Assembly: GCA_965153455.1 (NCBI GenBank)
Contig: OZ234493.1
Span: 35,950,213-36,014,212, forward strand
From: Sphagnum compactum
Lineage: Eukaryota
DNA: 64,000 nucleotides
Reading direction: 5' to 3'
Numbering within the stretch: position 1 is the stretch's first letter; each line of letters opens with the position of its first letter. The position numbers and the translations under genes were made by a program. Below are positions 54,699-64,000 of this stretch, one piece after another. The notes beneath the pieces are model-generated. The model was given only the letters and a program-made list of their open reading frames with translations. It did no database searches and was not told the DNA's origin.

Positions 54699-57573
54699 TC
54701 AATGCAAGTGTTTAGACTTCTTTAATCTCCACTGTGTTTTACCCCGGAGGATTTCTGCACCATCAACTTGCAACCGCAACAAATGTGTAAATTGTAAGTG
54801 TGGAGGTACACACTTGGCAACATCTGGAATTGATGTTTGAGATCCAGCTGTGTATGAACAACCTGCTCCATTCACCTTTACTTCAGCTTCCTTCTCTAGC
54901 TCTGCAGTACAGGATGTAGGACTGCACATTGACTGTAAAACATCAGATTGGCTGCACTCTCTTCTGTACTTGAGTGTCATGCTTGAAAGTTCATAGTTTT
55001 CAAAAACTGCAACTGGAACACTCTGCAGCCAAAGCCACATTCTGAATTAGCCTTGTGTCCACATTTCCTATTGACCAGCCAAAAAATGAAACAAGTATCC
55101 TGCATGAGCATGGCAACAAGAACTTAGATAACAGAAAATAACACCAAATCTCCCAAACATCAGGTAGAAAAACATAATTACTCTTGAAGCCAAGTGCTCT
55201 CAAAAGGAGCTGCCACACACCATCGGTCATCACAAACTGAAGTATGTATGTAAGTGATCAGTAAAAGAAACAGGTATCTTTTATTTGACTTCTGAGCAAA
55301 CAGGCTAAGAGAAGCTTACCTCCATCACCCATCCAACATATTTCACATTGTTGACATGCTGATTCATGTCCAAATCACCACGTTTTGGCTGCAAACAGAG
55401 AAGGGTGTGGGGTGAGAACTCCAAAAGGGTTCTCCCACAACCATATGCATGTAGCAATCATGAGAATATGCTCTGTTTTGCAAAGGTCTATGAAGATATG
55501 CACAAGCACCTAATTCCAGAGTGCAAGGGCCCAAGAGAAGAACACTTACTGTCAATCCACTATGCACAAACTGAGCGGTGTCCTCAAGTCTATCGATCTT
55601 CTGCATCACTGTGTTTTGGTCCTTCATAGCAAATCTTTCAAAATGAAAAGGAGCAATCTCGGTTCGAACTTCATCAGGCATCTTTGAAAGCCTTCTTGTG
55701 ATTTGGTTCATTGTCACCCAAGTGCTGCAAGCAACCAAAATTTAGAAATTTCCTTTTGCAATCTGCACCATGTACTGGTTGCAAATAGATGTTCAGACAT
55801 AGTACGCACAGAGAAGATGAGGTCTGCACCTTGTAGCACGAGAAATTATCTGCCCTGTTTTGCAGTCACGAACAAGCCAGTCACGTCTCATCCCACTCTT
55901 GCCTGATGCTGCTACCCATGTATCCACCTCCACCACATCCCCCCTGTCAAGTACCAAGGCAATATGTAAGACCTTGTTGTTATAGCAAGGGACATAGATG
56001 ACCATTACAGTTTGTTTCAAACATTCACTTCATTTCAACCACCCGCCATCTTCCTAAAATATGACCGTCTGCAAAGAACTCGAAGCCAATGATCACCTTG
56101 TTGGTAGAAGCTAAAAATCACACATTACTAATCATACTGTAGTCAGGCCACTTCTTCGACACACTGCAGCTCAGCCAGTCTTAAATCAGCTGAAAATCTT
56201 CAGTCATCAACTTACCAAGCAGGGTAGGCATCCACCTCAATACACATACAAGCGACAACCCAAATTAGGTCATTCCGAATCATTTCATGTGTGGCACCAA
56301 ATCCGTCTCCAGCCAAACCAGACATCCATACATGATTCAATGCAGTTTCCTGTTCCAAAACCCATGGGTCTGTCACTAACAAGAACAGAAAGTGACCCGA
56401 TCTAACTTGAAGCCCATACACAAAGCGCGTTAAAGAAGAAACTGCTTGCAAACCAGAGTAGAGAAGGAGAGATTTGCAGAACCACTAAATATTACCAGTC
56501 AGAAATTTGAAATCCTCCAACTAATTCAAGTTTGTGGAGATGATGCTTAACATCTGGTCAAACACTCAGTTCAATTTTCATAGTTCCAAATGAGTGACAA
56601 GCTCTACCCTAAGCTCATCTGGTGATTTGTTCTGTTTGGGATTTGTAGACAGATTCAAGGATAGGAGTTTGTTGTTTGTGGGCAGAATATGTACATCATG
56701 TGGGAGCCTCTCCCAATCGAAAATGTACACAAGTACTGTTCCAAAACAGAAGACCTCTGAGAAGATTGCACCAACCACAAAGTTGGCTTGTGGATGGATT
56801 CTCAGCAGGTAGACTAGTTTAGGGTTCAATTTGCAAGAGAACCGTCAGAGAGACTTTGTGTAGGCGTTTGTAAAGAATCACGGGTTCATTGAGTAGAGAA
56901 GTCAACAAGGATCGATCCATGGAGATGAGAGATCGCTTACTTGGAGGTGATTCATGAATGTGTCAATGGAGGCAGCTTTGTCAACGCCCACCTCGTACGA
57001 ACGAATCACAAACGTCTGACGGTAAACACGCCTGCTTTCGATGAGCCTACCTTGTCTAAACGACCCCAGCCCCGACACGTCTGTGTTCTCCGCAGCAAGC
57101 TGCTGTTCAGAGCGCAGGTGCTTCTCTGCAACCAGTGCAAGACCGGCAAGTGCACCGAGAACCGCATTTAATCCGGAGTATTTGGAATGCAGCTCAAAGG
57201 AAGTCGGCCTGTTTTGTGTAGAGAGAGCTTTACTACTCATCTCTCCTCCCTTATTCTTCTTCTTTCCACCGGGCTTGGAGCTGCTGCTGCCCTCATACTG
57301 AATACCATTCACTTCGGCAATCTCGTGGACGCTGCCAGTAATTGCAGGCGTCGATAATGTTCTTCTTCTCACAGGCAATGGATCAGTCCATTCCTCAGCA
57401 GACTTTGACTTCAGGATGTTGTTAGACGTTCCAAGGGTCTTGAAGCTGGATAACAACTGTAGACCGGATTGATTGGAAGAAAAGGAAGTGGAAGGAGTAC
57501 CGGATCTGAGAAGGCTTCTTGCTGTTGTCCAGTTTTTCATTCCGGTACCTGAGCTTCTTACAACTGCATCCAT
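54699..57573 (-). CDS. FATB: Acyl-ACP thioesterase, FatB type; exons 57573-56941, 56349-56216, 55943-55830, 55724-55550, 55388-55320, 55022-54699; ~482 aa
   Basis: Motifs YRQTFVIRSYEVG, ETALNHV, GDGFGAT, GKSGMRRDW, TRRLSKMPDEVR, catalytic DLDMNQHVNNVKY and YRREC. Ser-rich transit-peptide-like N-terminus followed by a hydrophobic segment (LNAVLGALAGLALVAEK) typical of FatB. All introns are GT-AG with compatible phases. Confidence 0.93.
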
Positions 57574-58690
57574 TGCACGAGATGTTTGGTGCGAAGAAAG
57601 TAGCCTGTTGAAAGTACTGGATCTCGTGTTCCTAGGACGTTTCCTCAGAGTGATCCGCTGTTCATCTGATGTTTACCAGAGAGCAGAGGCCACTTGAGAA
57701 GAGCTCCCTCTCACACAAAACAATAGTTTTCTGTTGTGCGATTTGCGTGTGTCGATCGATGTAAGAGACCTGCCAAACACAGACACGTCGTGTCTTGATC
57801 ATTGTTTTGTGATCGCATTGCAGAAAAGTTCTCTTCACAAATGCACGCAGCAATGGCGGTATTATTCATGCAACCGAATCCGTTGCTGCACATCAAACTC
57901 CAGTTGCTACATACAAGATCGAACGAAAAATTTCTGCGATTGGACTGCACAACGCACACATTAGGCCGTTTTTTTGTACCTACCTGCATTCAAAATGCAA
58001 AAGCAGCGAGCAGCGGCATCGGATGTGTTCAAGCTTAAGCACGCCACATTTACTGCCAAAAAAACCATCAGATCGATCGAATCTCGTGATGTTCAACTAC
58101 CAGAGAAATGCCAAACCGATCCGGCTATTCCCGCCTAGAGATCTAGTCTCTGCACCCGGCTGCCACACGAATGCCTGAAGAAGAAGAAGAAGAAGGAAAT
58201 ACTGAGTTTACGAGGCGCGAAACCCCGTCGAAGTTCGTCCAGACCTCCCTGCATCTCTTTTCCGGGGCCAGCTTCTTCTTCTTCTTCTGCGGATTAGGAG
58301 GATCTGTTCTTGTGCAAGTTCACGCCGTGCGAGAACAAAGACACAGAATATAAAGGGAAAGAAAGAGAAGACTCAAGAACGGCCCGAACGTAAGTATTTC
58401 TCTCAGTCGATGATGCGCCCAAGGCTCCGCTGCATTTGTAAAACTGCATTTCCCGCCCCACAAGTGAGAGATCGCGACACGACGCTCCAACACGTCATTC
58501 CCTCGGGCCCTTCCTTCCTTCCTCGCTTGAGCTGTCGCGCCCGCTGTGCACGCTGTTGTGAGGAGCGCCGCTGACCTTGTCCGCAAGTGGCCGTCTCTCT
58601 CCTCCGTCTCCTCCCTCGCACTTTGCTGTTTCCGCTGCTCGAGGCGTGTATTCCGCCGCAGAATGAACCATCCCTTCCCCGCTGCCCCTG

Positions 58691-59100
58691 CCCGCACAAC
58701 TACATTCATCAACAACCGCAACAACCGACCAAAATGCCTATATACCTCATACAACAACGTTCTGGAATTCCGGTGACCAGTTCCATTCCGGAATCATCGC
58801 AGAATCAATCGTCTCTTCCTACCCTCCGCCCGCACAACCCACATCCATTCAACAGCGCAACAGCCGACCAAAACGCCTACCTACCTACATACAACAACAT
58901 TCTGGAATAATTCTGATCGCCAGTTCCATTCCGGAATGGTCACAGAATCGATCATCCCTCCCACCCCCATCGCTGCCCACAACACCCATCGCATTCATCA
59001 ACCCCTACTCAACCGACCAAAACGCCTGCCTACCTACCTACCTACCTACCACAACATTCTGCAACTCTGGTGGCCAGTTCCATTCCGAAATCATCTCACA
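58691..59100. repeat. ~140-bp degenerate tandem triplication upstream of FATB
   Basis: Each unit carries cccgcacaac..., ccgaccaaaa(c/t)gcct, caac(a/g)ttctg and ccagttccattccg. Confidence 0.85.
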
Positions 59101-59667
59101 ACAACAAAATCTGGAAAACTGAAAGCAGAAAATCCAGAACTGTCAGCAGAACAAAAGCGCCAGAATGTCTGGAGAACATACGAACATACCAGAGTAGTAG
59201 TAGTAGTAGTAGTACCTTTTCAGCTAAAGAAAACCACACACACACACACACACACAAACACAAAGAAAGTGTATTTTTCTTTGTTGGGCCACCAACAACA
59301 ACTACTTACTTTAGCATGTGGCAACAGCACAAGGAGGGATCTATCCATTGATCAAGGCTCAACACCATCTCTCTCTCTCTCTCTCTGTGTCTGTGTCTCT
59401 GAGCCCCACTGGTATGCAGCTATGTAGTATGAGCTTTATGTAGTTTTCAAGTGTCTTTTATGTATGACTCGAGTGTTTTTTTTTTTGTTTTGCTGGGTTG
59501 GTGGGGGCGCTCTCAAAAGGGGATTCTGGTGTTGGTGATGATGGTGATGATATTCTTGCTTTTGGGTTTTACTTCATTGCCAAGCTAAGTAGGTGGGCTG
59601 CAGGTGGCAGCAGCAAAAGCTCATCTTGACAGATCAAGAGCACTATACCCATGCCAGTTAAATGTCA

Positions 59668-59978
59668 AGCTTGGTGATGCACACAACGGAATGGGCTAGG
59701 GTGAGACCATTCCATGACATTAATGTGTCGGGTAGTAGATTCAACATTTTTCATGTTCAATGGAGATTTGGGTGGGTACCAATTACGAGTTTATGACTGG
59801 AAGATAACGAGCCAGCTTGGTGATGCACCCCAACGTAATGGGCAAGCTTGGACGAGACCATTCCATGACATTAATGTCTTGGGTAGTAGTAGATTCAACA
59901 CTCTTCATGTTCAATGGAGATTTTTGGTCAGTACTAATTATGAGTTTATGACTGGAAGATAACAAGCCAGCTTGGTGA
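59668..59978. repeat. ~150-bp tandem duplication (146 and 155 bp units)
   Basis: agcttggtga begins at 59668, 59814 and 59969. Shared gagaccattccatgacattaatgt and gagtttatgactggaagataac. Confidence 0.9.
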
Positions 59979-62746
59979 GTGCAAAAACCTTAACAAATTA
60001 TTACCATTTCAAACCAAGAGCAACCTTTAACAATCGAAATTAACACTTTCAGCATGAATCTTAGAACACTAGATTGACTTACAAGAAGTAATGTTAAGTG
60101 GGCACGACTCTTTTAACATTAGGCAAAATAGGAGAAGTTTGTGTAGATGCCATACTTGACAATGCCAATGCTTGAAAGTTGATCCTCAAGCTCTCTTGAC
60201 AACATTGAAGGTGACTTAGCGAAAGTGTTACATGGGCCTTGAAACTCCAAGTCTCATGTGTTAATTTCACATGTCTTCAATTGATTAGCTAATTTAAGAA
60301 GAAGTTAAAACCTAAATGCTTAATCTCACTTAAATTCAAGATCCATTTGCCGCGTAGGCTTTTTCTTCATTTAATAAATATTAGGCAACAAAGTGCCTAA
60401 TTTCGTAGGTTGGTATGGTATTTTAGGATTTCAACATTCAAAAATAGATACACAAAGTCTCCTTTCTAACCTACATGGCCTACCTACTTAGGTTAACATG
60501 CCAACCTAACTAGTTATTACTTAACTAGCATGTCTTACTTCAACTAATTGATCTTGGTTAATGAAGCTACTTTGTTTTGTTTAGTCCCTTAAGCAAGTAA
60601 TTAGATTACATTTATAAAAATTTGAAATCTCTCAACTTCACATTGAAAAATCAAGTATTTAATCAAATGTAACACACCATCGTAACATAAATAACTTTTG
60701 CAACATATTATTATGACATTATTTACATATACACTAGTATAATGCCAAATAGATGGCCAATATTTCAACACACCTACCTACTTACAACCAACTTGTTGAT
60801 TTTTTATATGCCAATTGCGAACCTATACCTACTTATTACCAACCCCAAATCTACCTAGAACTAATTTACCTACATACAACCTATTTATGGACACCTCTTT
60901 ACATACCTACATATTTATCACTAGCCCCGAGCCTTCCTAGATCACGTACCTATTTACAACCTACTAATTACCTATTTATTGTTATATTAGGGTATCACAT
61001 GACGAATAGGACATATGATATGTATTATTTAGGAGGACAAAGGGATACAAGGTAACCAAATTTTGTAATAAGGGTTTCCCATATAATTTTGAACCTTCAT
61101 TTTAGAGGGTTTTGAATTGGTAATTTTGGATTATAAGAGTATGCTCAATTCCTTGGTTTATATTATATAGGGGCCAAATGTAGATAATAATGTAATATAT
61201 AGGGGATTGGTCAAATATGGGTAAAATGTTGATAGGTAGTGTAGTTGTATTAAGGCACATTAATTAGGACTAGGACAATTTTTTAATATCCTAAACCTTG
61301 TTTTGATAATTAGTTTTAATAGTGAAGTTTCTTTTTTCTCTCTTTTGGTGCTTTTGCAAGTTAACATAGATAACAAGAAGGAAGTTAGAAAAAATCATGA
61401 AAGGGTGAAGGAATGGGAGATGAGAAAGTTGCATGATGTTATCTACAAAACAAAGTTGAAGGCAACTTGGTGGCTATGCAAGAAATATGAGAGCAACAAA
61501 CAATAAACCAAGTAGGGAAGGTGAGAGAATAAAAAAAGCAACAAAAGAGTTTTTCTTGTGTGTACAAATAGGAGAAGAAAGAGAAGATAGAAAATAGAGG
61601 GAGTCGAGAAAAAGAAAACAAAGAGGAAAACAAATTTATTTCACATTGAAAAAATGCGTTACATAAATTTGAAAAAAAATAAAGAAAAGAGGAAAAAGGT
61701 TGTGGGATTGTAATGTGATGTAGGATTATAATGTTTGTTTGGTTTTGTTTTATAGTTAAAGCTAAGATGTGTGTGTTTTGCACGTTGTCCATATATGACA
61801 ATTAAACATCCATGTCATTTAGTCTTATTCAAGTAGGCAAATTCAAGCATTTATGGATGAAATATTGTCAATGAAATAAAACTTCTTATTTTTCATCTAT
61901 AACATTATCATCTGTCAATCTCATGAAAAATTAATTCACAATTGTTGTTATGTATATGTAAAATAAAAAGTTATATTTTATAATTGTAGTCATTTTTAGA
62001 GTTATTGAGGACCTCTAATTATTGTTTTGTTAGTTGCATTAGACACTATTCTTTTTAGTGAAGCAATATTCAAAGCTACAAGGGTATTAAATTGGTGCTA
62101 CATTGTAAATTTTATAATGTGGGTACAATTGCAATGGGTATATCATAATAAATTTTGTAAATGGGGACTTGGTTTGAGATTATCAATTTGAGTGTATACA
62201 TGATGTAGGTATTTTTTATGCTTAATTCACAAAATTATACAAATTAGGAACTTTTAATGTTGAGAATAGAGAATTGAAACCCTCACAACAATTTTGTATA
62301 TGGATTTTTAAATGGTCTAAGAATCAATATTATGATTGACAGGAACTTGATTTTAGTTTGACAACATATTAGTGAAAACATGTTTGAAATTTTTTGCATC
62401 ATTTGAAGCTTTGATTTTGCACATGTAAAAAATAGAGATTGCAATGACATCAATTTCATTTTGTGTGCTAAACTATCCTTGTAAATCTTCAAGTTCAGCT
62501 TCCTTGTTGGTTGTGCATGCTTTACATTTTTCATTCAATTTCATAGCACAAATGTAAACATGTATGTTTGTTGCTTACAAAATGACCTTAAAAGATATGC
62601 ACCAACGATTCAACTTGCCTCATGTTGAACACGAATGAAATTCCTTCCAGTAACTTGGGGAAGAAAGGCACTGCAAGATTGGCAAAAACAACAACTTCAT
62701 CAAAACACTTGTTGAAGCAAAAACAAAGAAATGGCAAATGATGAAG

Positions 62747-62776
62747 TTTAGGGTTTAGGGTTTGGGGTTTTAGGGT
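62747..62776 (-). promoter_or_regulatory. Telo-box (AAACCCTA) cluster upstream of SmE
   Basis: tttagggtttagggtttggggttttaggg ~135-160 bp before the SmE ATG, with more copies in intron 1. Telo-boxes are known promoter elements of plant translation/RNA-processing genes. Confidence 0.55.
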
Positions 62777-62908
62777 TGGCGTGTGTGTATGTTTGAAGTT
62801 GTTTCTGTTTGCTGCTTGCACTGCGTTGCCGGCGGGCGGGCGGGCGTGCGTGCGTGCATACTTGCTTGAGGCGTGTCGGGCTAGGAGGCGAAAGAAAGTG
62901 GGGCAGAG

Positions 62909-63903
62909 ATGGCGACCACCAAAGTTCAACGGATCATGACCCAGCCTATCGTTCGTTCCTGTTCTTTCCACCTCTTTTTTTGCTCAAAGTTTGTGTTTGT
63001 GTTGCTGTTTCTCCCCCTCCGCTTTGTGAAAGTGTGTGGAAGCTTAGGAGTTAGCTTGGTTCGCGTTAGGCTATTAGGGATTCGGCATTTCAAGCTCCAT
63101 ACGCGTCCTTGTTTCTTTCTTCTGGCAAATCGTCACTAACACGCTGCAGAAGCCTGTCTCTTGAATCGAGAGAGAAAAAAAAGTCGCTCTGAGTCGATGA
63201 TGGTATTTTAGGGTTTCGTTTCCCGCAAGAGTTTGTAGATGGGCACTTTCTGTTCACGCTTTTGGAGCTTCTTCTGTGGCTTTTTGCTATTTGAAACTCG
63301 TTGATGTGTAAATTTCCAGCTTTGAATTTTAGGGTTTTTTGCATGGTTCTTAGTCCCCTCCTCCTTTTACCCAGGATGGATTGTCTCAGGTCTGGGACAT
63401 CGTAGTCATGTGGAACTTTTTTGTTTCACCAATTTCCATTGAACTTGCACTTTCTCATGTCAAATAGTTTTCATTGAAGATGTCGCTGTTCTTGTACTCC
63501 AATGCTAGCTGAGATTGCGAGATGCATCATCTATGATCTGTTTCTGCCTGTATAATTTGTTTCTTGGATGTGGATGGGTCCATTGTCTGGGATGGATGTG
63601 GCATTGCTTGACCAATGGCAACTCCTGTCACATTTTCTTCAGAACCTGATTTTCCGATTCTTGCAAAGTGTAAGCCTTCTTCTCTCATTATCCATGTGGC
63701 AGCTTCAAGTTCTCAGTATAAATGCAGGTTATGAACATGATCATGCCACAAGTGGATTGCATTTCTTATCTTGAGTCCTGTTCTGTTTAGTTTCCTACAG
63801 GGCCTCACTGTACAAGACCATGTTGTTCATGTTTGTGCAGAAATCAAGGATCCAGTTCTGGCTGTTTGAGCAGAAGGATATGAGGATTGAAGGTCGTATC
63901 ATT
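62909..63903 (+). CDS. SmE: Small nuclear ribonucleoprotein E (Sm core protein), partial; exons 62909-62950, 63643-63669, 63841-63903; continues beyond the window
   Basis: Spliced translation MATTKVQRIMTQPI|NLIFRFLQS|KSRIQFWLFEQKDMRIEGRII is the highly conserved SmE N-terminus. GT-AG introns, all phase 0. Confidence 0.95.
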
Positions 63904-64000
63904 GTAAGTTTCTTTATCAAGCATCCTTATGAGCATCCTGGTAAGTTGAGATTAAATTGCAGGATGTGCTTCTTCAATACTTGAGACTTCCCAATTGCTC

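Noticed and set aside
62283-62700. Possible decayed transposase fragment upstream of SmE
   Set aside because: Similarity is too weak to support without a profile search.
62951-63642. Possible U12-type intron in SmE
   Set aside because: The donor is GTTCGT, not RTATCCTT, so it appears to be a U2-type intron.

Overview
Eukaryotic land-plant nuclear DNA with spliceosomal introns and TTTAGGG motifs; probably a bryophyte such as a peat moss, inferred from protein divergence and repeat style. Five protein-coding genes are supported. (1) A 3-exon gibberellin-oxidase-like 2OG-Fe(II) dioxygenase (+, 3373-5078). (2) A ~17.6-kb multi-exon SPIRRIG/WDFY3-type BEACH protein (-, 24258-6678) ending in an extra exon with a degenerate FYVE zinc finger. 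(3) An intronless At3g17950-like protein (-, 41316-40210). (4) A 6-exon FatB-type acyl-ACP thioesterase (-, 57573-54699). (5) The first three exons of snRNP core protein SmE (+, from 62909, running off the window). The AT-rich intergenic tracts hold decayed hAT transposases, a 154-bp mini-CACTA element with a perfect TSD, a 788-bp GC-rich non-autonomous Helitron, a MITE and several tandem repeats. The most notable unexplained structures are two candidate small-RNA hairpins flanking the At3g17950-like gene: a 321-nt fold-back with a 63-bp near-perfect stem (36834-37154) and a ~98-nt pre-miRNA-like hairpin (43786-43883). All calls come from reading the sequence; no searches or folding programs were run.
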